64,000 bases of DNA from Octopus vulgaris (lineage: Eukaryota), in contig OX597814.1 of assembly GCA_951406725.2 (NCBI GenBank), forward strand, positions 206,460,001 through 206,524,000. Reading direction: 5' to 3'. Positions 18,962 through 33,599 of this stretch are shown here, piece after piece. The notes under the pieces are model-generated. The model had not been told where the DNA came from. It did not search any database and saw nothing but the letters and a program-made list of their open reading frames with translations. Position numbers and translations under genes: made by a program. Position 1 is the stretch's first letter, and every line of letters begins with the position of its first letter.

Positions 18962-19374
18962 AGGATTGGTGATTTGGAGATGCCCAAGGGGTGGAGTGAA
19001 AACACTCTTGAATTGCTCATTCAGTATTTCACTTACCCTCATTGGTTTTTCCTGTAAGTGTGCCATCCTTTTCGAGGAGTGGCCCTATTCTACAGTGCAA
19101 GTACCGTAGCTGTTTCTTTGGCATACCTCTGGGGTTAGATTTTATGTTGTCTATAGCTCAGGCTTCTTTGTCTGCTCTTTCCTTTTCATGGGAGAGTTGT
19201 AGACATTTTTCGATTTCCAACAGTTTTATTTTTAGGCGGGACTTTTCACTGCTTTCAATCTGTTTGTTTAGGCGATTTGAAAATTTTGTACGCCGTCTCA
19301 TTAGAATTTTCCTCTCTCTGGGGATTTTGTTCTTGTGTACAGTGGCCTTTCTCTCTGGGACATATTTGTAGCAT
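18962..19374 (-). mobile_element. Internal fragment of the same LINE family
   Basis: Nearly identical to ~13024-13440 (ggattggtgatttggagatgcccaagg...). Confidence 0.9.
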
Positions 19375-19826
19375 TTGACATATTTGAGAAGAATATTTTC
19401 GCTTTTGATATAGTATTTGCAACTACTTTCCGAAATCGAAGTGAATTTTATTCTTTTTTCTGTGAATCAACAAGACACAGTATTTTTGAGAAGGATATTT
19501 TCGTTTTTGATGCGTTTTCTGAAAGCCTCTGAAAAATTTGCTGCTTAATACCAAATCGCTTAGGAAAATATAGAAAGTATCGTTAAATTGTTTGCATGTA
19601 CGAAATCGGAACTGTAATTCCTTTTGTTTACAAAATACGATTAAGGATTATAAAAGGTGTATCTTATCTATCTATCTTCCTTTCTTATAAAAAGGAATCA
19701 CGTAAGTATTCTCTCAGCCGGTAAGGTAAGGGAAGATATTATTTATTTATTATCATTAGTGTTCTTTCAACCAGAAGATAATAATTAAAAAAGATATAAA
19801 GATACGCGCTATTCTATCTTTATAAT

Positions 19827-20440
19827 TTGTCCTCCGTATTTGCCACACACTCTCTCCTTCTCTTTCTTACATTTCTATTTCTATCTCTCTCATACAGTTT
19901 ATACCTTATTTGTCTCTCCATCCACCAGACCCTCTATTTCCGCTCTCACTCTCCCCTTCTCCTCTCTCTCTCCCTCTGCCATCGTTTCTCTTTTTGCATC
20001 TCTCTTAGATCAACTTTCTCACATCTCACCCCGCCTCTCAGTTCCTCAACTTCACTCATTCTCTCTTGTATCTATATACCGCTCTCTTTCTCTCTCTCTC
20101 TCTCTGTTACTCCCCCTCCATCTCTCTGTTACTCCCCTCCCTCTCTCTGCCTCTTTCCTCTCCGCTCCTTCACAGGTCAAACCCCTTTTCCTCTTCCCCT
20201 TCTGTCCCCTTATTTCTTTTCTACACCACCCTCCCTGTCCCTTTACTACACTCTGTTGCGCCCCTCTCTCCCTCTTCCCCCTTTTTCTTCCTACCTTTCC
20301 TCCCCCTGCTCCCTCTAAGGCTCACCCCCCCTTGTCTTCTTTTTCCTCTTTCTGTCTCCTTCCTCCACACCACCCTCTCTGTCCCTTTACTTCACTCCCT
20401 GGTACCTCTATCCTGCCCTCTCTCTCTCTCCCTCTCCATT

Positions 20441-20481
<41 letters not shown>

Positions 20482-20760
20482 TCCATTTTATCTCTCCGCC
20501 TTTCTTCTCCCTGCTCCCCCTAGGGTCCACCCTGTCCCTTTACTCTCTTTTCTACTACACCTCTATCCCTACTCACTCTCCCCCTGCTGACCTGCCATTC
20601 TTTTCTCCTTTCTTTTTTCCCTCTTTATTTTCTTCTCTCTTTCTCTCTTCTCTCAGGACAATCCTTCTTTGTCTCTCTCTCTATCCCCCTGGCTTTTCTC
20701 CTTTCTTCTTCCTCTCCATCTTATCTTTCCTTCTCTATCTCTCTCTCTGTTCCTATATTT
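19827..20760. repeat. CT-rich polypyrimidine low-complexity tract, putative 5' UTR of the second LINE
   Basis: Almost only C/T on the + strand; ends just before the ATG at 20773. Confidence 0.8.
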
Positions 20761-20772
20761 CACTAGACGAAA

Positions 20773-22621
20773 ATGGCAAGAAACTGGTCTGCGAGAGAGG
20801 TGCAATTGTTCGTCCACGCTTGGAAGATTGCTGAGGACGACTCGCCGAACAATATTATTGCAGCGGCGCTGAAAAGCAACAATTTTTCGAGAACCACCAC
20901 CCAGATAGAGCGAAAGAAGCGAGAATTTATCCGTTCGTACGCTCTAATCAGGCAACATGTAGACACCCTGGACATCATCCTAGGAGGTGACGGCACCAGG
21001 GAAGGCCAAAAGGATGAAGAAAACATCCAGAACCAAACGGAGAAACCTAGAACACAGGGAAACAATGACACATGTCCAGCTCCCAACACCAAAACTGAAG
21101 ACCAAAGAGGTGCGATGGCCGCAAGAAAAGAAAAGCACCCTAAAATTGATGGGAAACAGGAGGTAAAAGGCGACAAAATCAAAGCTAAAAGAAACCCTGT
21201 CCAGAGAAAACAAAAGGACCCCAGCAAGAACTATAAGGGCAAAGAAAGAAACATCTGCAAATTCTACCTGAGGGGGACTGCTGGTACGGTGTCGAAGGTG
21301 GAAACTGTCGCTTTGCACATCGGAGGCCCTACCAAAACCGCACGGACGCGAGATAGAGGTCCCTCCCCTCAGGGAGAACAAAAAGAAAAAGTTAAAAAGA
21401 AGGGAAAAAAGCGCACTGACCACTACTGAAAGACGGTATGCAGATGTGGTGCACGGAAACCCAACAGGTGGCCAGCTTCACCCAGATGTGAGAAGGGCGG
21501 CAGCTGAACAGCAATCTTTTTGTGCATGGCACAAAAATTGTTCAGCAGCTGACCTGGCTAGCAAGCACAAAGCTGGAACTACCACCACACATGGCCACCT
21601 CCAACAGATGCAAGATGGCCACCACAGACACCAACACCAACACACACACCACAAAAATATTTCTACTGAATGTTGAGTGGCTGCTGCGCGGAAACTGTAA
21701 AAAGAAAATTTCATTCCTGAGAGAACTTGTGACATGCAATCAAGCTATATGCATGGCACTCACAGAAACGCATCTTGAACCCGATATAGGTGATGCAGAA
21801 ATACACATGCCGCAATATGCAGTCATACACACAGATAGAAAAGGGAGGAGCCATGGTGGAGTTGCAATGTACATCCGAGATGACCTCACGCCCCAGGTCC
21901 TGCTGTCATATTCAAACTCAGTATGTGAAACTCAAATCGTACACATAAGACAACTGAATATCGTCATATGCACTACATATCGCCCACCAGATGCCCCAAA
22001 ACACTCAGGCATGTTTGAAGACTGCCTAACAAAAATAGGAGAAGTCCTCACCAACCTTGAACAGCACAACAGTGTATTCTTCATGGGTGACTTTAACCTC
22101 CCCAATGTGGAATGGCCTGGGGGGCAGATGCTCCCAGGGATGACACACCATCAGCAGGCACAGGTGGAGTCCCTGCTCCATCTCACAAATGCCTCTTTCA
22201 TGGAGCAAATAGTTCTGCAACCAACAAGGGCAGATAATATACTGGATCTCTGCTTCACAAACAATATGGATATTATCCATAATGTTAATGTGATGCCGAC
22301 AATGATCTTGGATCACAAACATAATAGAGCTGTCAACACCACAACTGAAGACCAAAGAACTGCGATGGTCAAACAGGGGATTGGCCTGAATGTCTCTCCA
22401 CATAAAAGAAAAGCACCCTAAAATTGATGGGAAACAGGAGGTAGGAGGAAGGCGACAAAATCAAAATCAAAGCTAAAAGAAACCCTGTGACAGAGAAAAC
22501 AGAGAAAAAAGGACCCCAGCAAGAACTATAAGGGCAGGGGGGGGAAAGAAACAACATCTGCAAATTCTACCTGAGGGGGACTGCTGGTACGGCGTCGAAG
22601 GTGCAAACTGTCGCTTTGCAC
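20773..22621 (+). mobile_element. Second, diverged CR1/L2-group LINE: ORF1-like region + APE, truncated, with an internal duplication
   Basis: MARNWSAREVQLFVHAW, CKFYLRG..CRFAH, ALTETHL, TYRPP, MGDFNLP, PTRADNILDLCFTN; 22335-22621 re-duplicates ~21085-21320. Confidence 0.88.
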
Positions 22622-22721
22622 NNNNNNNNNNNNNNNNNNNNNNNNNNNNNNNNNNNNNNNNNNNNNNNNNNNNNNNNNNNNNNNNNNNNNNNNNNNNNNN
22701 NNNNNNNNNNNNNNNNNNNNN
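22622..22721. other. Assembly gap (N run)
   Basis: Run of n. Confidence 1.
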
Positions 22722-25700
22722 ATAAACATCACTGGAATGTTTGGTTTCAAATTTTGGCACAAGGCCAGCAATTTCAGGAGAGTGGCTAAGTCAATTACAT
22801 CAACCCCAGTGCTCAACTGGTACTTATTTTATTGACCATAAACATCACTGGAATTTTGGTTTCAAATTTTGGCACAAGGCCAGCAATTTCAGGAGAGTGG
22901 CTAAGTCAATTACATCAACCCCAGTGCTCAACTGGTACTTATTTTATTGACCATAAACATCACTGGAATGTTTGGTTTCAAATTTTGGCACAAGGCCAGC
23001 AATTTCAGGAGAGTGGCTAAGTCAATTACATCAACCCCAGTGCTCAACTGGTACTTATTTTATTGACCATAAACATCACTGGAATTTTGGTTTCAAATTT
23101 TGGCACAAGGCCAGCAATTTCAGGAGAGTGGCTAAGTCAATTACATCAACCCCAGTGCTCAACTGGTACTTATTTTATTGACCATAAACATCACTGGAAT
23201 TTTGGTTTCAAATTTTGGCACAAGGCCAGCAATTTCAGGAGAGTGGCTAAGTCAATTACATCAACCCCAGTGCTCAACTGGTACTTATTTTATTGACCAT
23301 AAACATCACTGGAATTTTGGTTTCAAATTTTGGCACAAGGCCAGCAATTTCAGGAGAGTGGCTAAGTCAATTACATCAACCCCAGTGCTCAACTGGTACT
23401 TATTTTATTGACCATAAACATCACTGGAATTTTGGTTTCAAATTTTGGCACAAGGCCAGCAATTTCAGGAGAGTGGCTAAGTCAATTACATCAACCCCAG
23501 TGCTCAACTGGTACTTATTTTATTGACCATAAACATCACTGGAATGTTTGGTTTCAAATTTTGGCACAAGGCCAGCAATTTCAGGAGAGTGGCTAAGTCA
23601 ATTACATCAACCCCAGTGCTCAACTGGTACTTATTTTATTGACCATAAACATCACTGGAATTTTGGTTTCAAATTTTGGCACAAGGCCAGCAATTTCAGG
23701 AGAGTGGCTAAGTCAATTACATCAACCCCAGTGCTCAACTGGTACTTATTTTATTGACCATAAACATCACTGGAATGTTTGTTTCAAATTTTGGCACAAG
23801 ACCAGCAATTTCAGGAGAGTGGCTAAGTCAATTACATCAACCCCAGTGCTCAACTGGTACTTATTTTATTGACCATAAACATCACTGGAATGTTTGTTTC
23901 AAATTTTGGCACAAGGCCAGCAATTTCAGGAGAGTGGCTAAGTCAATTACATCAACCCCAGTGCTCAACTGGTACTTATTTTATTGACCATAAACATCAC
24001 TGGAATGTTTGTTTCAAATTTTGGCACAAGGCCAGCAATTTCAGGAGAGTGGCTAAGTCAATTACATCAACCCCAGTGCTCAACTGGTACTTATTTTATT
24101 GACCATAAACATCACTGGAATTTTGGTTTCAAATTTTGGCACAAGGCCAGCAATTTCAGGAGAGTGGCTAAGTCAATTACATCAACCCCAGTGCTCAACT
24201 GGTACTTATTTTATTGACCATAAACATCACTGGAATGTTTGGTTTCAAATTTTGGCACAAGGCCAGCAATTTCAGGAGAGTGGCTAAGTCAATTACATCA
24301 ACCCCAGTGCTCAACTGGTACTTATTTTATTGACCATAAACATCACTGGAATGTTTGTTTCAAATTTTGGCACAAGGCCAGCAATTTCAGGAGAGTGGCT
24401 AAGTCAATTACATCAACCCCAGTGCTCAACTGGTACTTATTTTATTGACCATAAACATCACTGGAATTTTGGTTTCAAATTTTGGCACAAGGCCAGCAAT
24501 TTCAGGAGAGTGGCTAAGTCAATTACATCAACCCCAGTGCTCAACTGGTACTTATTTTATTGACCATAAACATCACTGGAATGTTTGGTTTCAAATTTTG
24601 GCACAAGGCCAGCAATTTCAGGAGAGTGGCTAAGTCAATTACATCAACCCCAGTGCTCAACTGGTACTTATTTTATTGACCATAAACATCACTGGAATTT
24701 TGGTTTCAAATTTTGGCACAAGGCCAGCAATTTCAGGAGAGTGGCTAAGTCAATTACATCAACCCCAGTGCTCAACTGGTACTTATTTTATTGACCATAA
24801 ACATCACTGGAATGTTTGGTTTCAAATTTTGGCACAAGGCCAGCAATTTCAGGAGAGTGGCTAAGTCAATTACATCAACCCCAGTGCTCAACTGGTACTT
24901 ATTTTATTGACCATAAACATCACTGGAATTTTGGTTTCAAATTTTGGCACAAGGCCAGCAATTTCAGGAGAGTGGCTAAGTCAATTACATCAACCCCAGT
25001 GCTCAACTGGTACTTATTTTATTGACCATAAACATCACTGGAATGTTTGTTTCAAATTTTGGCACAAGGCCAGCAATTTCAGGAGAGTGGCTAAGTCAAT
25101 TACATCAACCCCAGTGCTCAACTGGTACTTATTTTATTGACCATAAACATCACTGGAATGTTTGTTTCAAATTTTGGCACAAGGCCAGCAATTTCAGGAG
25201 AGTGGCTAAGTCAATTACATCAACCCCAGTGCTCAACTGGTACTTATTTTATTGACCATAAACATCACTGGAATTTTGGTTTCAAATTTTGGCACAAGGC
25301 CAGCAATTTCAGGAGAGTGGCTAAGTCAATTACATCAACCCCAGTGCTCAACTGGTACTTATTTTATTGACCATAAACATCACTGGAATTTTGGTTTCAA
25401 ATTTTGGCACAAGGCCAGCAATTTCAGGAGAGTGGCTAAGTCAATTACATCAACCCCAGTGCTCAACTGGTACTTATTTTATTGACCATAAACATCACTG
25501 GAATTTTGGTTTCAAATTTTGGCACAAGGCCAGCAATTTCAGGAGAGTGGCTAAGTCAATTACATCAACCCCAGTGCTCAACTGGTACTTATTTTATTGA
25601 CCATAAACATCACTGGAATTTTGGTTTCAAATTTTGGCACAAGGCCAGCAATTTCAGGAGAGTGGCTAAGTCAATTACATCAACCCCAGTGCTCAACTGG

Positions 25701-28700
25701 TACTTATTTTATTGACCATAAACATCACTGGAATTTTGGTTTCAAATTTTGGCACAAGGCCAGCAATTTCAGGAGAGTGGCTAAGTCAATTACATCAACC
25801 CCAGTGCTCAACTGGTACTTATTTTATTGACCATAAACATCACTGGAATTTTGGTTTCAAATTTTGGCACAAGGCCAGCAATTTCAGGAGAGTGGCTAAG
25901 TCAATTACATCAACCCCAGTGCTCAACTGGTACTTATTTTATTGACCATAAACATCACTGGAATTTTGGTTTCAAATTTTGGCACAAGGCCAGCAATTTC
26001 AGGAGAGTGGCTAAGTCAATTACATCAACCCCAGTGCTCAACTGGTACTTATTTTATTGACCATAAACATCACTGGAATTTTGGTTTCAAATTTTGGCAC
26101 AAGGCCAGCAATTTCAGGAGAGTGGCTAAGTCAATTACATCAACCCCAGTGCTCAACTGGTACTTATTTTATTGACCATAAACATCACTGGAATGTTTGG
26201 TTTCAAATTTTGGCACAAGGCCAGCAATTTCAGGAGAGTGGCTAAGTCAATTACATCAACCCCAGTGCTCAACTGGTACTTATTTTATTGACCATAAACA
26301 TCACTGGAATTTTGGTTTCAAATTTTGGCACAAGGCCAGCAATTTCAGGAGAGTGGCTAAGTCAATTACATCAACCCCAGTGCTCAACTGGTACTTATTT
26401 TATTGACCATAAACATCACTGGAATGTTTGGTTTCAAATTTTGGCACAAGGCCAGCAATTTCAGGAGAGTGGCTAAGTCAATTACATCAACCCCAGTGCT
26501 CAACTGGTACTTATTTTATTGACCATAAACATCACTGGAATGTTGGTTTCAAATTTTGGCACAAGACCAGCAATTTCAGGAGAGTGGCTAAGTCAATTAC
26601 ATCAACCCCAGTGCTCAACTGGTACTTATTTTATTGACCATAAACATCACTGGAATTTTGGTTTCAAATTTTGGCACAAGGCCAGCAATTTCAGGAGAGT
26701 GGCTAAGTCAATTACATCAACCCCAGTGCTCAACTGGTACTTATTTTATTGACCATAAACATCACTGGAATTTTGGTTTCAAATTTTGGCACAAGGCCAG
26801 CAATTTCAGGAGAGTGGCTAAGTCAATTACATCAACCCCAGTGCTCAACTGGTACTTATTTTATTGACCATAAACATCACTGGAATGTTTGGTTTCAAAT
26901 TTTGGCACAAGGCCAGCAATTTCAGGAGAGTGGCTAAGTCAATTACATCAACCCCAGTGCTCAACTGGTACTTATTTTATTGACCATAAACATCACTGGA
27001 ATTTTGGTTTCAAATTTTGGCACAAGGCCAGCAATTTCAGGAGAGTGGCTAAGTCAATTACATCAACCCCAGTGCTCAACTGGTACTTATTTTATTGACC
27101 ATAAACATCACTGGAATTTTGGTTTCAAATTTTGGCACAAGGCCAGCAATTTCAGGAGAGTGGCTAAGTCAATTACATCAACCCCAGTGCTCAACTGGTA
27201 CTTATTTTATTGACCATAAACATCACTGGAATTTTGGTTTCAAATTTTGGCACAAGGCCAGCAATTTCAGGAGAGTGGCTAAGTCAATTACATCAACCCC
27301 AGTGCTCAACTGGTACTTATTTTATTGACCATAAACATCACTGGAATTTTGGTTTCAAATTTTGGCACAAGGCCAGCAATTTCAGGAGAGTGGCTAAGTC
27401 AATTACATCAACCCCAGTGCTCAACTGGTACTTATTTTATTGACCATAAACATCACTGGAATGTTTGTTTCAAATTTTGGCACAAGGCCAGCAATTTCAG
27501 GAGAGTGGCTAAGTCAATTACATCAACCCCAGTGCTCAACTGGTACTTATTTTATTGACCATAAACATCACTGGAATTTTGGTTTCAAATTTTGGCACAA
27601 GACCAGCAATTTCAGGAGAGTGGCTAAGTCAATTACATCAACCCCAGTGCTCAACTGGTACTTATTTTATTGACCATAAACATCACTGGAATGTTTGGTT
27701 TCAAATTTTGGCACAAGGCCAGCAATTTCAGGAGAGTGGCTAAGTCAATTACATCAACCCCAGTGCTCAACTGGTACTTATTTTATTGACCATAAACATC
27801 ACTGGAATGTTTGTTTCAAATTTTGGCACAAGGCCAGCAATTTCAGGAGAGTGGCTAAGTCAATTACATCAACCCCAGTGCTCAACTGGTACTTATTTTA
27901 TTGACCATAAACATCACTGGAATGTTTGTTTCAAATTTTGGCACAAGGCCAGCAATTTCAGGAGAGTGGCTAAGTCAATTACATCAACCCCAGTGCTCAA
28001 CTGGTACTTATTTTATTGACCATAAACATCACTGGAATTTTGGTTTCAAATTTTGGCACAAGGCCAGCAATTTCAGGAGAGTGGCTAAGTCAATTACATC
28101 AACCCCAGTGCTCAACTGGTACTTATTTTATTGACCATAAACATCACTGGAATTTTGGTTTCAAATTTTGGCACAAGGCCAGCAATTTCAGGAGAGTGGC
28201 TAAGTCAATTACATCAACCCCAGTGCTCAACTGGTACTTATTTTATTGACCATAAACATCACTGGAATTTTGGTTTCAAATTTTGGCACAAGGCCAGCAA
28301 TTTCAGGAGAGTGGCTAAGTCAATTACATCAACCCCAGTGCTCAACTGGTACTTATTTTATTGACCATAAACATCACTGGAATTTTGGTTTCAAATTTTG
28401 GCACAAGGCCAGCAATTTCAGGAGAGTGGCTAAGTCAATTACATCAACCCCAGTGCTCAACTGGTACTTATTTTATTGACCATAAACATCACTGGAATTT
28501 TGGTTTCAAATTTTGGCACAAGGCCAGCAATTTCAGGAGAGTGGCTAAGTCAATTACATCAACCCCAGTGCTCAACTGGTACTTATTTTATTGACCATAA
28601 ACATCACTGGAATGTTTGGTTTCAAATTTTGGCACAAGGCCAGCAATTTCAGGAGAGTGGCTAAGTCAATTACATCAACCCCAGTGCTCAACTGCTACTT

Positions 28701-31700
28701 ATTTTATTGACCATAAACATCACTGGAATGTTTGTTTCAAATTTTGGCACAAGGCCAGCAATTTCAGGAGAGTGGCTAAGTCAATTACATCAACCCCAGT
28801 GCTCAACTGGTACTTATTTTATTGACCATAAACATCACTGGAATGTTTGGTTTCAAATTTTGGCACAAGGCCAGCAATTTCAGGAGAGTGGCTAAGTCAA
28901 TTACATCAACCCCAGTGCTCAACTGGTACTTATTTTATTGACCATAAACATCACTGGAATGTTTGGTTTCAAATTTTGGCACAAGGCCAGCAATTTCAGG
29001 AGAGTGGCTAAGTCAATTACATCAACCCCAGTGCTCAACTGGTACTTATTTTATTGACCATAAACATCACTGGAATGTTTGGTTTCAAATCTTGGCACAA
29101 GGCCAGCAATTTCAGGAGAGTGGCTAAGTCAATTACATCAACCCCAGTGCTCAACTGCTACTTATTTTATTGACCATAAACATCACTGGAATTTTGTTTG
29201 TTTCAAATCTTGGCACAAGGCCAGCAATTTCAGGAGAGTGGCTAAGTCAATTACATCAACCCCAGTGCTCAACTGGTACTTATTTTATTGACCATAAACA
29301 TCACTGGAATGTTTGGTTTCAAATTTTGGCACAAGGCCAGCAATTTCAGGAGAGTGGCTAAGTCAATTACATCAACCCCAGTGCTCAACTGGTACTTATT
29401 TTATTGACCATAAACATCACTGGAATGTTTGTTTCAAATCTTGGCACAAGGCCAGCAATTTCAGGAGAGTGGCTAAGTCAATTACATCAACCCCAGTGCT
29501 CAACTGCTACTTATTTTATTGACCATAAACATCACTGGAATGTTTGTTTCAAATCTTGGCACAAGGCCAGCAATTTCAGGAGAGTGGCTAAGTCAATTAC
29601 ATCAACCCCAGTGCTCAACTGCTACTTATTTTATTGACCATAAACATCACTGGAATTTTGGTTTCAAATTTTGGCACAAGGCCAGCAATTTCAGGAGAGT
29701 GGCTAAGTCAATTACATCAACCCCAGTGCTCAACTGGTACTTATTTTATTGACCATAAACATCACTGGAATGTTTGTTTCAAATCTTGGCACAAGGCCAG
29801 CAATTTCAGGAGAGTGGCTAAGTCAATTACATCAACCCCAGTGCTCAACTGGTACTTATTTTATTGACCATAAACATCACTGGAATGTTTGTTTCAAATT
29901 TTGGCACAAGGCCAGCAATTTCAGGAGAGTGGCTAAGTCAATTACATCAACCCCAGTGCTCAACTGGTACTTATTTTATTGACCATAAACATCACTGGAA
30001 TGTTGGTTTCAAATTTTGGCACAAGGCCAGCAATTTCAGGAGAGTGGCTAAGTCAATTACATCAACCCCAGTGCTCAACTGGTACTTATTTTATTGACCA
30101 TAAACATCACTGGAATGTTTGTTTCAAATTTTGGCACAAGGCCAGCAATTTCAGGAGAGTGGCTAAGTCAATTACATCAACCCCAGTGCTCAACTGGTAC
30201 TTATTTTATTGACCATAAACATCACTGGAATGTTTGTTTCAAATTTTGGCACAAGGCCAGCAATTTCAGGAGAGTGGCTAAGTCAATTACATCAACCCCA
30301 GTGCTCAACTGGTACTTATTTTATTGACCATAAACATCACTGGAATGTTTGGTTTCAAATTTTGGCACAAGGCCAGCAATTTCAGGAGAGTGGCTAAGTC
30401 AATTACATCAACCCCAGTGCTCAACTGGTACTTATTTTATTGACCATAAACATCACTGGAATGTTTGTTTCAAATTTTGGCACAAGGCCAGCAATTTCAG
30501 GAGAGTGGCTAAGTCAATTACATCAACCCCAGTGCTCAACTGGTACTTATTTTATTGACCATAAACATCACTGGAATGTTTGTTTCAAATCTTGGCACAA
30601 GGCCAGCAATTTCAGGAGAGTGGCTAAGTCAATTACATCAACCCCAGTGCTCAACTGCTACTTATTTTATTGACCATAAACATCACTGGAATGTTGGTTT
30701 CAAATTTTGGCACAAGGCCAGCAATTTCAGGAGAGTGGCTAAGTGAATTACATCAACCCCAGTGCTCAACTGGTACTTATTTTATTGACCATAAACATCA
30801 CTGGAATGTTTGTTTCAAATTTTGGCACAAGGCCAGCAATTTCAGGAGAGTGGCTAAGTCAATTACATCAACCCCAGTGCACAACTGGTACTTATTTTAT
30901 TGACCATAAACATCACTGGAATGTTTGTTTCAAATTTTGGCACAAGGCCAGCAATTTAGGAGAGTGTCTAAGTCAATTACATCAACCCCAGTGCTTAACT
31001 GGTACTTATTTTATTGACCATAAACATCACTGGAATTTTGGTTTCAAATTTTGGCACAAGGCCAGCAATTTCAGGAGAGTGGCTAAGTCAATTACATCAA
31101 CCCCAGTGCTCAACTGGTACTTATTTTATTGACCATAAACATCACTGGAATGTTTGGTTTCAAATTTTGGCACAAGGCCAGCAATTTCAGGAGAGTGGCT
31201 AAGTCAATTACATCAACCCCAGTGCTCAACTGGTACTTATTTTATTGACCATAAACATCACTGGAATTTTGGTTTCAAATTTTGGCACAAGGCCAGCAAT
31301 TTCAGGAGAGTGGCTAAGTCAATTACATCAACCCCAGTGCTCAACTGGTACTTATTTTATTGACCATAAACATCACTGGAATTTTGGTTTCAAATTTTGG
31401 CACAAGGCCAGCAATTTCAGGAGAGTGGCTAAGTCAATTACATCAACCCCAGTGCTCAACTGGTACTTATTTTATTGACCATAAACATCACTGGAATTTT
31501 GGTTTCAAATTTTGGCACAAGGCCAGCAATTTCAGGAGAGTGGCTAAGTCAATTACATCAACCCCAGTGCTCCACTGGTACTTATTTTATTGACCATAAA
31601 CATCACTGGAATGTTTGTTTCAAATTTTGGCACAAGACCAGCAATTTCAGGAGAGTGGCTAAGTCAATTACATCAACCCCAGTGCTCAACTGGTACTTAT

Positions 31701-32071
31701 TTTATTGACCATAAACATCACTGAAATTTTGGTTTCAAATTTTGGCACAAGGCCAGCAATTTCAGGAGAGTGGATAAGTCAATTACATCAACCCCAGTGC
31801 TCAACTGGTACTTATTTTATTGACCATAAACATCACTGGAATTTTGGTTTCAAATTTTGGCACTAGGCCAGCAATTTCAGGAGAGTGGCTAAGTCAATTA
31901 CATCAACCCCAGTGCTCAACTGGTACTTATTTTATTGACCATAAACATCACTGGAATGTTTGTTTCAAATTTTGGTATAAGGCCAGCAAATTCAGGAGAG
32001 TGACTAAGTGAATTACGTCAACCCCAGTGCTCAACTGGTACTTATTGTATTGACCATAAACATCACTGGAA
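22722..32071. repeat. 115/116-bp satellite, ~81 copies, derived from a SINE 3' half
   Basis: Unit ataaacatcactggaat(g/t)ttt(g)gtttcaaattttggcacaaggccagcaatttcaggagagtggctaagtcaattacatcaaccccagtgctcaactggtacttattttattgacc; homologous to the dispersed SINE at 44666-44760. Confidence 0.97.
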
Positions 32072-32127
32072 TATTAAACATTGTTATGATGGTAAGATTC
32101 ATTATAGCAATAATATATCTTACATGC

Positions 32128-32330
32128 TACCATCATCATCATCATGTAGATCCGTTGTCCATGGTGGCATGTGTTGAACTGTTTGAACAGACCTGGGAAG
32201 CTGGAGAGCTACTCCAGTCTTCAATCTGAATTTACATGATTTCTACAGCTGTATCTCCTTCCTTATAGGAACCACTTTACAGGACATGTTGGCTACTTTT
32301 ACCTGACACCCCATAGACCCTTTTACAGAG
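32128..32330 (-). mobile_element. Degenerate SINE fragment with (CAT)n RTE-type tail
   Basis: catcatcat...tccgttgtccatggtggcatgtgttgaac resembles 41460 and 52841. Confidence 0.55.
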
Positions 32331-32436
32331 CACCCCAAGATTGCCTTTGTGATGTTATTATCGTTGAGGCCCTGTGCTCCCAGTAGAGTTGATTATCATC
32401 ATCATCATCATTACTACTACTACTACTACTACTACA

Positions 32437-32485
<49 letters not shown>

Positions 32486-32504
32486 TTACTCTTATTTTTA
32501 TTAA

Positions 32505-32706
32505 GGTGGTATGATGGCAGAATTGTTAGCACACGGGAGTAAATGCGTAGTGGTATGTCACCCCTCGCTGTGTTCTGAGTTGAATTTCCATGAGGTTGAT
32601 TTTATTTGTCATTCTTTGAAGTTTGATAAAATAAATCTCACTGGGGTCAATGTGAGTGACTCATCCTCATCTCCCCAGAGCTGCCCTTGCGGCAAAAATT
32701 TGAAAT
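32505..32706 (+). mobile_element. tRNA-derived SINE (same family as the satellite source)
   Basis: A-box-like tggcagaattgttag, B-box-like gagttgaatttcc, 3' end cactggggtcaatgt...aaaatttgaaa followed by (TTA)n. Confidence 0.7.
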
Positions 32707-32717
32707 TATTATTAATA

Positions 32718-32770
<53 letters not shown>

Positions 32771-33599
32771 GGCTTCACACATGGAATCCACGTCTGAATC
32801 ATCGCTGGTGAGTTTCCTCTAATTGTGTTTATCTTTTGCCATTTTTTTGGCTGCTGAAATTATTAACTAATTTTTGGCAGACGTATCCAAGTGTCTTCTA
32901 GAAGAGATTCATCCTGTTTTAATTACAGAATGGGATTTCTGCCCATTCCAAAATCTTTCCTGGATATATTTTCAATGTATTCCTTTCCACAACATGGCCA
33001 GTACTCTTCTAAATAGTGTTTGTAGGAGAAAATGTATTTGTTTCCACATGTTCAAGAGACCCATGGTGAAGTAGTCAACCAAGCATTGATGTTGTCAGTT
33101 CCTTTGACTTTTGCAAAGAACCTACGGACAATAACACCACCACCACCACCACCACCACCAACCCCACCACCACCAATATTGCCAACAACTGAAGTAAGAC
33201 CATTGACACCAGTATGACCTGTGACATCTCCAACAACAACAACAATAACGAAATTAACAAGAACAACATGCACAACAATTATATTAGTAACAAAACCAGC
33301 AGTAGCAACAACAGCAATAATATTCTAACCATCAGCAGCAGTATCAGCATCAAACTTCACCTAAGAAAACTCTGACCAGATTGGAGTGCTTGCTTTTCCG
33401 ATTCTTCTTGAAGGTTCAGGTTCCACTGGTCAGAAAATCCATCTTTTGTCACCTGTTACACTATGGTGGGATTGGGATGCCATCCTTAATGATGTGACAG
33501 CACACTTTGAGACTGTCACACCTACACAAATACCTAGATCACTGAGTTTATGTGGGTGACGATGATGAAAATAAGGGTGACATGGTGTGGGTGTCCTAC

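Noticed and set aside
19827-20590. Leu/Ser/Pro-rich ORFs
   Set aside because: Artefacts of the CT-rich tract.
22722-32071. CRISPR-like array or repeated small ORFs (MTINITG...)
   Set aside because: Units are wholly repeated with no unique spacers, the context is eukaryotic with no cas genes, and the 115-bp period breaks the reading frame.
32820-33120. Possible further host exon or TE coding remnant
   Set aside because: No clean open frame with splice sites and no motif I can name.
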